From Spirochaetaceae bacterium (lineage in GTDB: Bacteria > Spirochaetota > Spirochaetia > DSM-2461), in the NCBI GenBank assembly GCA_051531975.1, contig JAOPTT010000016.1, positions 128,221 to 192,220 on the forward strand: DNA of 64,000 nt. Direction: 5' to 3'. Both the position numbers and the translations under genes were made by a program. The stretch's first letter is position 1, and every line of letters starts with the position of its first letter. Shown here in pieces: positions 40,301 to 50,285 of this stretch. The notes beneath the pieces were generated by a model. It was not told the DNA's origin. It ran no database searches and was given only the letters and a program-made list of their open reading frames with translations.

Positions 40301-40906
40301 AGTTGGGATTCTGATGATTTAAATTGGACTCAAGATGATTCCGAAATAGATGAACTATTATTGGATTCTATTTCTATAACTCATAACCTAGATATTAAAA
40401 AGTTTAAATTCTGGAGAAATAGAATAACACTAGATGTAAAGTCAGATTTAACAATAGAAAAGAAACTTATAGAGGTTGATAAATCTAGTTTTAGATATAA
40501 TCTTAAATTTAATTTAGAAGTATTTGAATTCTTGAATCTTAGCTTTAAGTCTACATCTGTAAATAAAGCAATGTTTTATTATTGGGAAGATGATGCAACA
40601 ACTCTTGGTATTAATACAGATAAAAATATATTAACTGATTTTGTAAAATCTTTTAACTTTTTTTCTGATTCAGATCGTGAGGAATCTAGTTTTAATTTGG
40701 AGACTATAACCATTGCAGCTACTTATATAATGCCAGACTGGAATTTAATTTTTAGCTATTCAGGTAGTCCTGAGGTTAATGATTCAGAATATGAGTGGAA
40801 TCAGGAGTTCTCTTTTTTTATACAGTGGAAACCATTAGGATTAGTACGGTCTAAAGTGGTTAATGAAGATGATAACTGGACTGTTTCTACATCAAAAACA
40901 GACTAG
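37388..40906 (+). CDS. Large outer-membrane protein, spirochaetal LptD-like
   Basis: Signal peptide if initiated at CTG 37388; OstA-like N-terminus (EFEGRVDI, VTAFGNVEY); beta-rich C-terminus; adjacent to uvrA as I recall for Borrelia BB0838. Confidence 0.65.
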   Translation: MKKYFLLLLILLCCYSQLLSQEDTVSIENRAIIKDIETSSITELSVWAKSLGLKDSTNIESLKKSIAKYYKLKLTPKIEQTNTKIIKINRAELSKYYTLEEVDESIAEFEGRVDIIIDDLEQEIQHAIVADKVNFNRTLNSVTAFGNVEYIKTEKGKPELITADSLTFNLSNWKGSLLKCISKQNKVIDEEEMVFYYVTGEIKKSDTQVMGMSDVTIQTVIGSPYFNISALDLWMLDSSDFVIVLPSVKVGHVPVFIAPFYYHSDTSLYFNPVFGERTREGTIFQNTIYLMGAKEIDDKESNFSFLSFDDDEALGNLELNGLTLVASGDKTKYSPDYSKIMLDYYSKLGIFVGNETSLTLKPYINNFELQTGLGFSRNIDSSDGSIYTSEESEWNNSYFLDEELPFRYLLYMSLTSPIVELDFKILSDSYFRSDFLNRAENFMWINYATSLMDDGLESLGDDSTEYDRNTVVTETIDGKSVDKDYVVNDYSWGIDFTKFAPSTTKLNPFLSSFELDLEKIEIEYKSKVSLDDEVDLYSEFDPAYKFFYPDNILLPLKLTIKGSFFDTDYQKSRELKKDVIKIDDAVKDEDSELDGKDNKLLKIENPVSIEPKKKEIKATENDFLTLEKDDTFKDVKIKSNTSSALFNADMTYVIKMPSKIDGYWDNTDWENRSDIDYDLDDSGIKYKFDPSATINNSINILDSFLVFNNNLNGYIFKSAYLDIDDQIDLLEIYKNNRTVLINDFKTTISLLKLNPEIERHTLSTSYNLKSTLYQNLFDQDEYELNGEVDAYYLEESFEWTDDFIDKHELDVKYIYKLDFSETNIGYKKILPPIDQVDDYSVKQVFDFKVFNLLENKSETNFLYSIVAETDDEDEVEIISADQKYSMGIYGAKISAVSGFDYSESYIDEDSDTDEWDFSPLDLSLEYKLLDFLSFNTGFNYSFEDEKWNQYDLSLKLWDFNISLKSIYEAPKSWDSDDLNWTQDDSEIDELLLDSISITHNLDIKKFKFWRNRITLDVKSDLTIEKKLIEVDKSSFRYNLKFNLEVFEFLNLSFKSTSVNKAMFYYWEDDATTLGINTDKNILTDFVKSFNFFSDSDREESSFNLETITIAATYIMPDWNLIFSYSGSPEVNDSEYEWNQEFSFFIQWKPLGLVRSKVVNEDDNWTVSTSKTD

Positions 40907-40987
40907 TTCTTGACTATTAAGTTTTTTTCCAATTAACTTAAAAACAAAAAATCAGAATTTATTTGGTAAAATTCTGAATAAAGGCTT

Positions 40988-43174
40988 ATGATAAGAGGCG
41001 AGATGAAGAATAAAATTTATTTAAACGATTTTAATCGTTTTATAAAAAGTAATAGATTATTTACTAATATATTTGTTGTTGTAAGTTTTATATTATCAGT
41101 AGTAGTTATACTTTTTTTTAATTACTTTATAGATGCTTTTTTTGCTTTCAATCAAGATGATTTTAAAGTAGGAGAACCAGCAAAAAGAGATTATGTTTTA
41201 AAAGCAGATTTAAATTATTTTAATGAATTTGAAACTAATATTGCTAAAGAAGTTGAAGAGAAACTTGTACTACCTTTATATTTAATAGATAAAGATATAA
41301 CTGCAACATCAATTTCTAACTTTGAAGCTTTCTATAAAACTATACTGAATTTAAAAGACTCACAAACAGATATCAATGTAATATACCTGGAGTTTGAATC
41401 AATTATTCCCGGTGTATTTAACAAGACTGATGTTGATAAAATAATAGACAACGATCCTAATCTACTGTTTTCGTTAGCATTAACTGAACTTGAAAAATTA
41501 TTGAGTCGAGGTTTTATCTCATCTGTTGTTTCTAATTTTGATAGTGGCTCAGGTTTAATAAATGTTGTATCAACTGGAAATACTGATAATTATTCTCAAA
41601 ACATAAGTGCAATATCTGTATTAAGATCTATAGACGTAAATAAGTCATTAGACAGTGCTTATGTACCATTTGTATATAAACTTGTAAAAGCATTTATACT
41701 TGTAAATTGTTATTATGATAATGAGCAAACAAAACACAATAGAGCACTCTCTTTATCAAAAGTAAAGCCAGTAATAGATTTATATAGAAGAGGGGAAGTT
41801 TTAGTATTAAAAGACTTTGTTGTAAATCAAGATGTAAATAATAAAATAAATCAAGCTGAAGTTTTAGTTAAAAGAAATACCTTTTCCAATGTTTTACTAG
41901 TACTAGGTTTTGTATTATCTGTATATATTGCAGGCTTAATACTATTTAATAGTAGGTTTATTCAAATACAACTTAAAGAGAGCGATATTATTTTGCTTGT
42001 TGGTGTTACACTTTTTTATATTGTAATAAGTGTTCTTATCAGATATTTTCTTAGCTCTGAGTTAAGTTATCTGTTTCCATTGGTAATTCCATCAGTTTTA
42101 TTATCTATGTTAATCACTTTTTTATTAAATGATCGTGTTGGAGTATATTTATCGGTACTTTTTTCTTTTCTAATATTATTAATATCTGATTTTTCAATTA
42201 GTGCATTTTCTATTACATTGATAATGTCAATTTTTGGAACAATTATTGTTCATGATGTTGAAAAACGTATTGATCTTCTTAAATCTAGTGGTGAATTAGC
42301 TCTTATACAGACTCTTTTAACTCTCTACCTTTTTAGTGTTGGTATTATCCAAAATCCAGATATCTTTTTATTAGTTTTTGTATCTATATCATCTTCTCTG
42401 ATTTCTGGTGTATTAACACTAGCACTGTTACCATTATCCGAGCATCTTTTAAAGATTTCTACATGTTTTCAGTTAACAGAATTATGTGATCTTAATGCCC
42501 CATTATTAAAGAGTATGTTAATTAAAGCACCAGGAACTTATGCTCACTCTATTGCAGTTGCAAATATGGCTGAATCTGCTGCTCAACATATTGGTAGTAA
42601 TCCCTTATTGGCAAAAGCTGGTGGATATTATCATGACATAGGTAAAATTGATCAGCCACACTATTTTATAGAAAATCAAAAGGGTGGCAAAAATTTACAC
42701 GATGATATGAAACCATCTTTATCTGTAGCAGTAATAAAATCCCATGTTAAACTTGGAATAGAAAAGGCAAAAAATATTGGACTACCTAGTGATATTATTG
42801 ACATAATAGAACAACACCATGGTAAGGGTTCAATAGCGTTCTTTTTAGATAAAGCAAAAAAAGAGAGAAAAGGAAACACTATTTTAACAGAGGATTTTGC
42901 CTACTCTGGTCCTAATCCCCAGAGTCCAGAGGCTGCAATCGTTATGTTAGCAGATAGTGTAGAAGCTGCTGTAAGATCCTTAAAAAATCCAACAATATCC
43001 CAGTTAGATAAATTTGTGTGGGATTTAATATTAAATAAATTAAAAGAGGGTATGTTAGATGCTTGTGGATTAACATTATCCGACCTAACAACTATAAAGA
43101 ATTCTTTTATTAATACTCTAATGGGTCATTACCATTCAAGAATAGAGTATCCATCAGGAGATGAAAAAAAGTGA
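40988..43174 (+). CDS. 7TM-HD phosphohydrolase (PgpH-like cyclic-dinucleotide phosphodiesterase)
   Basis: Extracytoplasmic domain, seven TM helices, APGTYAHS, YYHDIGK, QHHG, MLADSVEA. Confidence 0.88.
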   Translation: MIRGEMKNKIYLNDFNRFIKSNRLFTNIFVVVSFILSVVVILFFNYFIDAFFAFNQDDFKVGEPAKRDYVLKADLNYFNEFETNIAKEVEEKLVLPLYLIDKDITATSISNFEAFYKTILNLKDSQTDINVIYLEFESIIPGVFNKTDVDKIIDNDPNLLFSLALTELEKLLSRGFISSVVSNFDSGSGLINVVSTGNTDNYSQNISAISVLRSIDVNKSLDSAYVPFVYKLVKAFILVNCYYDNEQTKHNRALSLSKVKPVIDLYRRGEVLVLKDFVVNQDVNNKINQAEVLVKRNTFSNVLLVLGFVLSVYIAGLILFNSRFIQIQLKESDIILLVGVTLFYIVISVLIRYFLSSELSYLFPLVIPSVLLSMLITFLLNDRVGVYLSVLFSFLILLISDFSISAFSITLIMSIFGTIIVHDVEKRIDLLKSSGELALIQTLLTLYLFSVGIIQNPDIFLLVFVSISSSLISGVLTLALLPLSEHLLKISTCFQLTELCDLNAPLLKSMLIKAPGTYAHSIAVANMAESAAQHIGSNPLLAKAGGYYHDIGKIDQPHYFIENQKGGKNLHDDMKPSLSVAVIKSHVKLGIEKAKNIGLPSDIIDIIEQHHGKGSIAFFLDKAKKERKGNTILTEDFAYSGPNPQSPEAAIVMLADSVEAAVRSLKNPTISQLDKFVWDLILNKLKEGMLDACGLTLSDLTTIKNSFINTLMGHYHSRIEYPSGDEKK

Positions 43175-43629
43175 ATGATGTAACACTAATGTATCAGAAT
43201 TTAAAACCAGATACATGGGAAAATAGTTTTAAGGTTTTTTTAGATAAAGTATTGGAATTATTAGATATTGATAACTGGGAATTCTCTGTAACATTATGTG
43301 ATAATAAATATATACATATAATAAATAGAGATTATAGGGAAAAAGATAAACCAACAGATGTAATAACATTTGTAATGTCTGATGAACCATTTCCTGTAGT
43401 TGATGAAGAAGAATTATATAGTGCAGGTGATATTATTATTTCCTTAGAGACTGTTAAGGAGAATTCTAACTATTTTAAAGTAACATTTGAAGAAGAGTTA
43501 AAAAGAGTTCTTATTCATGGTATTCTACATTTGAAAGGTCTTGATCATAAAACAAATAATCCAGAAGAAGAGATGTTAATAGTGCAGGAACAAATTTTAA
43601 AAAAGTTATTTAAACAGGGGATTTTTTAA
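43171..43629 (+). CDS. ybeY: rRNA maturation RNase YbeY
   Basis: NRDYREKDKPTDVITF; HGILHLKGLDH. Confidence 0.95.
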   Translation: MNDVTLMYQNLKPDTWENSFKVFLDKVLELLDIDNWEFSVTLCDNKYIHIINRDYREKDKPTDVITFVMSDEPFPVVDEEELYSAGDIIISLETVKENSNYFKVTFEEELKRVLIHGILHLKGLDHKTNNPEEEMLIVQEQILKKLFKQGIF

Positions 43630-43633
43630 GAAG

Positions 43634-44401
43634 ATGGGAATTCTAAATATGTTATTTGGAAAAAAGAATTTAAATGTATTAGTAGAAAATAGTATAGAAA
43701 CTCAAGATATGATCAATGGGATAGTAGAGCTCTCTGATACATCAGTAAAAGACGTTTATGTACCAAGGATTGATGTTGTATTTATACCTGAGGAAGCTTC
43801 TATGGAGCAAACCTTATCAATAATTGAAAACAGTGGGCATTCTAGGTTTCCTGTATATAAAGGAACATTGGATGATATTATAGGTGTATTGTATGTAAAA
43901 GATCTTTTTATCTATATGAATAATGATAAAAACATAAACACCTTCCATATAACTGATGTCATAAGAAAACCATATTTTGTACCAGAAAGTAAAAAATTAG
44001 ACTCACTTTTAAAAGAATTTAAACGATTACATGTTCATATAGCAGTTGCTGTTGATGAATATGGAGGTGTATCTGGTATTGTTTCTATGGAAGATATTAT
44101 TGAAGAAATAGTTGGTGATATACAAGATGAGTTTGATAATGAAACTGAAGAAATAGTTAAAATTGATGATAAAATATGGTTATGTGATGCAAGAGCTGAT
44201 ATAGATGATATTAATGAGCAATTAAGTATAAATCTTGATACTACAGATATTGAAACAATTGGTGGCTATGTTTTTAACCTTATAGGTGAAATTCCAGTGA
44301 AGTTTGAGAAGGTTGAGACTGATTTCCTAACAATAATTATTACCGAAGTTGATGGATACAAAATAAAACGAGTTAAGTTGGTTAAAAAAAGTGAAATATA
44401 A
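43634..44401 (+). CDS. tlyC: CBS/CorC_HlyC domain protein (TlyC/CorC)
   Basis: GHSRFPVY, VDEYGGVSGIVSMEDIIEEIVGDIQDE. Confidence 0.88.
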   Translation: MGILNMLFGKKNLNVLVENSIETQDMINGIVELSDTSVKDVYVPRIDVVFIPEEASMEQTLSIIENSGHSRFPVYKGTLDDIIGVLYVKDLFIYMNNDKNINTFHITDVIRKPYFVPESKKLDSLLKEFKRLHVHIAVAVDEYGGVSGIVSMEDIIEEIVGDIQDEFDNETEEIVKIDDKIWLCDARADIDDINEQLSINLDTTDIETIGGYVFNLIGEIPVKFEKVETDFLTIIITEVDGYKIKRVKLVKKSEI

Positions 44402-46370
44402 ATATTTTATAATCTTAATTACTCTTCTAACTTCATTACATTCGTTAACAATTAAGGATTTCAGGAATCTTGGAGAAACAAACCTAATAAAGCAGAATTA
44501 TTACAATGCAATTGAAAACTTTAAGGAAGCAATTCAATTAAATTCTAGTGATAAATACTCTTTAAAAGGTCTAAGCGACTCTTTTTTTATGCTTGGGGAA
44601 TATGAGGAAGCACTTTTATATATAGATATTTGTATTGGATTAAATAAAAACGATTTAGAGCTGAAAAATTGCAAAGGTCGTATTTTAACAGCATTAGAAG
44701 ATTATATACAAGCTGAAGCCATTTATAGAGCTGTTATCGATACTGAAATGTATAATGTTGGTGCACAAAGTGGATTAGCTGAATTGAGAATTGTTAGTGG
44801 TGATTTAAAAGGATCATTATATGATTTTGAAAAAATATTAAAATTTTCTCCTAATAGTAGAAGACTTTTATTATCACTTGTTGTTTTAAATGATAATTTG
44901 AAAGATTTCGAAAATGCGGATAAAATAATTCAAAAGGCTATAAGACATTATCCCCAAGATCCAATAGTTTTAGAAGCTGCAGTTAGGCATTATATGAACA
45001 CCAAAAGTTATCAAGGTGCTCTTTTATATATGGATGAATTAATAAAAATCTCTGATAATATTGAACTTAAATTATTAAATGCAGAGCTTTTGATATATTT
45101 AAATGAATATAAAGAAGCATTGAATATTCTTTCTGACTATATGAAAGTAGTAAAAGATGATCCCGAATCATATTATATTGCAGCTATTATATTAGATGCA
45201 ATTGATGAAAAGAACCAAGCTATTTCTTTAATGAAAAGAGGATTGGATCTAAAACCAGATGAAGAGATTTATAGGTTTTTTAGTGAAAAAATTGTTAATG
45301 ATCATCTGATTTTAAAAGATGAAAAACGGTCTTATTATTCTAACTGGTATTATGAAAAAGGAAAGTTATTAGAAGGTAGATACTATTATGAAAAAGCAAA
45401 AACATACTACCTAAGAGGTCTAGATTTAGACCCTTTTTCGAAGAAATTAAGATTAGCATATGGTGAAATTTTAAATAAAATGGGATTTAGGCAAAGATAT
45501 TTAAAAGAGATGGATATCATTTTAGATAGAAATCCTGACGATATCGATATTAAAGAAACTCTTCTTATTCAAAGAAGTTTACCAACTCTTAACATTTATG
45601 AAAAATGGGGCGCTGAAACTTTTAAGTTTGATAATAGATTTACATTAAGTCTGTTTATTAAAAATAGTGTTGGTGAAAATCATCTAAAATCTGCGAATAT
45701 TATTAAGGATATAACGTCACGTTTTTTATCTGGTCAGAGTCACATTACAACAGAAGAAGTTAAGCTATATAATGGAAACTATTCTAGTGCATTCAATTTA
45801 GCACGGGATGCAAATAGTGAATATTTTGTACTTTTTGACTTTTTAGAGGGTAATAGAACATTTTCTCTAAATGCAACACTTCATTTAACAAAAAGTGGTA
45901 GAGAGATACAATCTTTTAGTTATTTGAAAACTGGAAATAATAGAATATTTAATTGTTTTGAAAATTTCTCAAAGGATCTAAATAATTTTTTTCCAATAAT
46001 AGGTTCAATTACAAATATTAAAGGACAGGATATTTTAATAAATTCTGGGAAAATGGATAATATAGAAGTTGAACATATCTATGATGTTGTAAAAAAAAGA
46101 AGTATTGAGTTAATACCAGAAGAACCATATTTGCGGTATGAAGCTGATAAGTTTTTAGGAACTGTAGAAATTACTGATGTTGGAGAAGGTATGAGTTCTG
46201 GGGTTTTTACAGGATCTAGTAATTTTAACCTCTTAAATATTGGTGATAAAGTTTTACTTTTTGAAAAGACTGAAGTAGAAGAAATAGAGTCGGAAGAAGA
46301 TATTATAATTAAAGAGGAATCTATTATTACTGATAAAGAATTAATAGAACAACTTCTACAGGTCAACTAG
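44391..46370 (+). CDS. Exported TPR protein
   Basis: Signal peptide and multiple TPRs; lies between tlyC and gap. Confidence 0.8.
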   Translation: MKYKYFIILITLLTSLHSLTIKDFRNLGETNLIKQNYYNAIENFKEAIQLNSSDKYSLKGLSDSFFMLGEYEEALLYIDICIGLNKNDLELKNCKGRILTALEDYIQAEAIYRAVIDTEMYNVGAQSGLAELRIVSGDLKGSLYDFEKILKFSPNSRRLLLSLVVLNDNLKDFENADKIIQKAIRHYPQDPIVLEAAVRHYMNTKSYQGALLYMDELIKISDNIELKLLNAELLIYLNEYKEALNILSDYMKVVKDDPESYYIAAIILDAIDEKNQAISLMKRGLDLKPDEEIYRFFSEKIVNDHLILKDEKRSYYSNWYYEKGKLLEGRYYYEKAKTYYLRGLDLDPFSKKLRLAYGEILNKMGFRQRYLKEMDIILDRNPDDIDIKETLLIQRSLPTLNIYEKWGAETFKFDNRFTLSLFIKNSVGENHLKSANIIKDITSRFLSGQSHITTEEVKLYNGNYSSAFNLARDANSEYFVLFDFLEGNRTFSLNATLHLTKSGREIQSFSYLKTGNNRIFNCFENFSKDLNNFFPIIGSITNIKGQDILINSGKMDNIEVEHIYDVVKKRSIELIPEEPYLRYEADKFLGTVEITDVGEGMSSGVFTGSSNFNLLNIGDKVLLFEKTEVEEIESEEDIIIKEESIITDKELIEQLLQVN

Positions 46371-46400
46371 TTTCAAGCACCTATTTTGTTCTTCTATTTA

Positions 46401-46429
46401 TTGACACTTAGGTCTGAATTATCTATTAT
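46401..46429 (+). promoter_or_regulatory. sigma70 promoter of gap-pgk-tpiA-secG
   Basis: TTGACA-17 nt-TATTAT, near consensus. Confidence 0.75.
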
Positions 46430-46467
46430 TGAATAAATAATTATACAATGATTTTTCTGGAGGAATA

Positions 46468-47472
46468 ATGAAAATAGCAATAAATGGATTTGGAAGAATC
46501 GGTCGAAACGTATTTAAAATCGCAATGGAAAGAGAAGGAATGGAAATTGTTGCATTAAACGATTTAACTTCTCCTAAAACACTAGCTCATTTATTAAAAT
46601 ATGACTCCACATTTGGTGTATATAATAAAACTATAGAAGCAACATCAGACGGAATAATAGTAGACGGAAAAAAAATAAATATATATGCAGAGAAAGAGCC
46701 AAAAAAATTACCTTGGGGTGAACTTGATGTTGATGTTGTAATTGAATCAACTGGAATCTTTAGAGATGCATCAGGACCTAAAGGTGGTTACAAAGATCAT
46801 ATAGTTGCTGGGGCAAAAAAAGTAATATTAACTGTACCTGCTAAGGATTCAATAGATCAAACAATAGTATTAGGTGTTAACAGTAATGAACTTGATATAA
46901 ATAACGTTGCGTTTTCAAATGCATCTTGTACCACAAATTGTTTAGCTCCAATTGCAAAAGTACTAAACGATGAGTTTGGAATAATTGATGGTTTAATGAC
47001 AACCATTCATGCATATACAAATGATCAAGTTATACTTGATGGACCACATTCTGACCTTCGTAGAGGTCGATCAGCAGCAAGTAATATAATACCTACAACC
47101 ACAGGAGCAGCAGTTGCAGTAGGGAAGGTTTTACCAGAGCTTGCTGGAAAACTTAACGGTTCTGCTATGCGTGTCCCTGTTCCTACAGGTTCAATTGTTG
47201 ATTTGACTGTAAGAGTAAATGGAAATCCAACAGTAGAGCAGGTAAATGCCGTAATGAAAAAAGCAGCGGATGGAGATATGAAAGGAATCTTAGAATATAC
47301 AGAGGATCCAATAGTATCCTCAGATATTGTCGGTAATCCCCATTCATCAATATTTGATGCTTTATCAACCATGGTTATGGAAAATGGATTAGTAAAAGTA
47401 CTATCATGGTACGATAATGAAATGGGCTATTCAAATAGAGTTGTTGATTTAGCCGCTAAAATATCAAAGTAA
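46468..47472 (+). CDS. gap: Glyceraldehyde-3-phosphate dehydrogenase type I
   Basis: [29 protein letters not shown]. Confidence 0.99.
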   Translation: MKIAINGFGRIGRNVFKIAMEREGMEIVALNDLTSPKTLAHLLKYDSTFGVYNKTIEATSDGIIVDGKKINIYAEKEPKKLPWGELDVDVVIESTGIFRDASGPKGGYKDHIVAGAKKVILTVPAKDSIDQTIVLGVNSNELDINNVAFSNASCTTNCLAPIAKVLNDEFGIIDGLMTTIHAYTNDQVILDGPHSDLRRGRSAASNIIPTTTGAAVAVGKVLPELAGKLNGSAMRVPVPTGSIVDLTVRVNGNPTVEQVNAVMKKAADGDMKGILEYTEDPIVSSDIVGNPHSSIFDALSTMVMENGLVKVLSWYDNEMGYSNRVVDLAAKISK

Positions 47473-47497
47473 TAAATAACTATATAAGGAGGTAAGG

Positions 47498-48679
47498 ATG
47501 AGCCTTACAACTGTTAAAGATTTAGATTTAACAAATAAAAGAGTATTAGTAAGAGTGGACTTTAATGTTCCTTTAAAAGAAGGAAAAATTACTGATGATA
47601 CAAGAATGGTACGAGCACTACCTACTTTAAAGTACATTTTAGAGCAGGAAGGTACTTCCCTTGTTGTAATGAGTCACTTAGGTCGACCATCAGAAGAGAG
47701 AGAATCTCAGTATAGTTTAAGCCAATTAAAAGATCACTTAGCAACACTAACCGGTGCTAATGTAGTTATGGCACCTGATTGTATTGGTCCTGAAGTTGAA
47801 ACATTAGCGAAAAACTTAAAATCTGGTGAAATTCTATTATTAGAAAACACTCGATACCACAAAGCTGAAAAGAAAAATGATGAATCATTTGCTAAACAAT
47901 TATCAGCTGTTGCAGATATTTATGTAAATGATGCATTTGGTACAGCTCATAGAGCACACGCTTCAACTGAAGGTGTTACTAAGTTTTTACCATCATGTGC
48001 TGGTTTCTTAATGGAAGTTGAGTGTAAGTTTTTTGATAAAGTATTATTAGCACCAGAAAAACCTTTTGTTGCTATTATTGGTGGAGCTAAAGTTTCATCT
48101 AAAATTACTGTTTTAGAATCTATGGTAGATAAATGTTCAACATTTGTTATTGGTGGTGGAATGGCCTATACTTTCATGAAAGTAAAAGGTCTAGAAATTG
48201 GTAAATCAATGTATGAAGAGGACTTTTTAGAAACTGCTAAGAAATTCTTAGATGATGCTGAAAAAGCTGGAGTTGAAGTTATCTTGCCAGTAGATCATAT
48301 ATGTGCTGCTGAGTTTAGTGAAAATGCAACACCTATTGCTATCGATGATGCTAACATCCCAGCTGATGTAATGGCATTAGATGTTGGTCCTAAAACTTCT
48401 GCCTTAGTAAAAGATAGAATTCTTGCTGCTAAAACAATTGTGTGGAATGGTCCAATGGGTGTTTTTGAGTTTGACAACTTTGCACAAGGAACAAAAGATG
48501 TTGCATCTTATGTTGCAGAATGTAAAGGTGTAACTGTTGTTGGTGGAGGAGACTCTGTAGCTGCTGTAAATAAATTTGGATATGCTGAACAAATAGATCA
48601 CGTTTCAACCGGTGGTGGAGCTTCTTTAGAGTATTTAGAAGGTAAAGTTCTTCCTGGTGTTGTAGCTTTAAGAAAATAA
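47498..48679 (+). CDS. pgk: Phosphoglycerate kinase
   Basis: RVDFNVPL, VNDAFGTAHRAH, WNGPMGVFE, STGGGASLE. Confidence 0.99.
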   Translation: MSLTTVKDLDLTNKRVLVRVDFNVPLKEGKITDDTRMVRALPTLKYILEQEGTSLVVMSHLGRPSEERESQYSLSQLKDHLATLTGANVVMAPDCIGPEVETLAKNLKSGEILLLENTRYHKAEKKNDESFAKQLSAVADIYVNDAFGTAHRAHASTEGVTKFLPSCAGFLMEVECKFFDKVLLAPEKPFVAIIGGAKVSSKITVLESMVDKCSTFVIGGGMAYTFMKVKGLEIGKSMYEEDFLETAKKFLDDAEKAGVEVILPVDHICAAEFSENATPIAIDDANIPADVMALDVGPKTSALVKDRILAAKTIVWNGPMGVFEFDNFAQGTKDVASYVAECKGVTVVGGGDSVAAVNKFGYAEQIDHVSTGGGASLEYLEGKVLPGVVALRK

Positions 48680-48704
48680 AATTAACTAATATAAGGGAAA
48701 CGAA

Positions 48705-49457
48705 ATGAGAAAAACATTTATTGCAGGAAACTGGAAAATGAATAAAACTCCTTCAGAAGCAGTAGCTTTTGCAAAGGAATTAGTTGTAGCACTAAAGGGT
48801 TCTGATACAAAACTTATGATTGCTCCATCAATGACAGCAATTTCACAAGTTGCAGAAGTAATTAAGGGTTCAAACATTATTTTAGGTGCACAGAATATGG
48901 CAGCTGTTGAGTCTGGTGCCAGAACTGGAGAGACATCAGTTTTAATGTTAAAAGATTTAGGTGTTACAGCAGTTATCTTAGGTCACTCAGAAAGAAGAGC
49001 AATTTATGGTGAGTCAAATGCTTTAATTAATGAGAAAACTAAATTAGCATTAGCAAATAATATGGAAGTTTTATTCTGTATTGGTGAAACTTTAGATGAA
49101 AGAGAAGCTGGAAAAGCAGAAGAAGTTTGTTTTACTCAAACAGAAGCTGGTTTAAAAGACATTTCTGCTGCTGACATGGCTAACGTTGTAATTGCATATG
49201 AGCCAGTATGGGCTATTGGAACAGGTAAAACTGCTTCTCCTGCAGATGCACAAGCAATTCATAAAGCAATTAGGGGTAAAATTGAAGAACTTTACTCAAA
49301 AGAAGTTGCAGAAAAAGTAATTATCCAGTATGGTGGTTCTGTTAAGCCTGAAAATGTTAAGGAATTAATGAGTCAAGCTGATATTGATGGTGGTTTAATT
49401 GGTGGAGCAGCTCTAAATACTGAGTCTTTCACTGCTTTAGCTAACTATTACAAATAA
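48705..49457 (+). CDS. tpiA: Triosephosphate isomerase
   Basis: AGNWKMN, GHSERR, AYEPVWAIGTG, YGGSV. Confidence 0.99.
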   Translation: MRKTFIAGNWKMNKTPSEAVAFAKELVVALKGSDTKLMIAPSMTAISQVAEVIKGSNIILGAQNMAAVESGARTGETSVLMLKDLGVTAVILGHSERRAIYGESNALINEKTKLALANNMEVLFCIGETLDEREAGKAEEVCFTQTEAGLKDISAADMANVVIAYEPVWAIGTGKTASPADAQAIHKAIRGKIEELYSKEVAEKVIIQYGGSVKPENVKELMSQADIDGGLIGGAALNTESFTALANYYK

Positions 49458-49480
49458 AATATATATACTGGAGAATTTTA

Positions 49481-49825
49481 ATGGAATTTGTTTCAACTCT
49501 ACTATTAGTACTGTTTGTTATTGTGGCAGTTTTATTAGTGGCATTAGTACTACTACAAGATGACCAAGGTGAAGGCCTTGGAGGTATGTTTGGTGGGAGT
49601 AGTTCGTCACCTTTTGGTGCAAAATCGGGTAATGTTTTATCTAAAACAACTACAATCCTAGGTGTTCTTTTCTTTGTTACATCTTTTGGATTAGCTTGGG
49701 TTTCTAGATCTCAAAGCGACGATGATATTCTTAAAGCTGCTGTGAAAGCAGAAATTGAGAGTGTAGAAGGTAGCAACTGGTGGGATGAAGAACCAGAAGC
49801 TGATAAAGAAACAGAAACTAAATAG
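49481..49825 (+). CDS. secG: Preprotein translocase subunit SecG
   Basis: LVLLQ..GEGLGGMFGG, two TM helices; follows tpiA. Confidence 0.95.
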   Translation: MEFVSTLLLVLFVIVAVLLVALVLLQDDQGEGLGGMFGGSSSSPFGAKSGNVLSKTTTILGVLFFVTSFGLAWVSRSQSDDDILKAAVKAEIESVEGSNWWDEEPEADKETETK

Positions 49826-49831
49826 CAATAT

Positions 49832-49856
49832 AGAGGGGGGGGAACCCCCTTTTTTA
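49832..49856 (+). terminator. Intrinsic terminator after secG
   Basis: AGGGGG-loop-CCCCCT followed by a T-run. Confidence 0.8.
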
Positions 49857-49874
49857 TTTTTATAAGGATAAAAA

Positions 49875-50285
49875 ATGAGAATATGTGTAGCTTTTAGCAG
49901 TTTAAATGATAAAAAAATTGAAACCTTTGCAAAAGAAATTGTAAAAGGTTTGGAAAAACAGACTAATTCAAATATCGATTTAATAGACATAGCGAAAGAT
50001 AGTGATAAGCGATTAACTGGATATTCATATCTTATATTTGGTTGCAGCAAAACTGCTTTCTTTAATTCAAAAGTCGACAAGACTTTTCTGCAATATCTTA
50101 AGAATTCTGGACAAATAACAGGTAAACATACTTTTGTTTATACAGCAAAAAAGTTTGGTGATCAAAAGTTTTTAAACAATTTGATGAGAGCATTAGAGAG
50201 TGAAGGTGTTCTTTTAAAATCATCATCAGTTATCAGTTCAAAAGAACAGGCTAAAATAATTGGTAGCAAATTACATATTAAATAG
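49875..50285 (+). CDS. Hypothetical protein, flavodoxin-like fold
   Basis: SD AAGGA; alpha/beta pattern (AKEIVKGL, YLIFG, GKHTFVY). Confidence 0.6.
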   Translation: MRICVAFSSLNDKKIETFAKEIVKGLEKQTNSNIDLIDIAKDSDKRLTGYSYLIFGCSKTAFFNSKVDKTFLQYLKNSGQITGKHTFVYTAKKFGDQKFLNNLMRALESEGVLLKSSSVISSKEQAKIIGSKLHIK

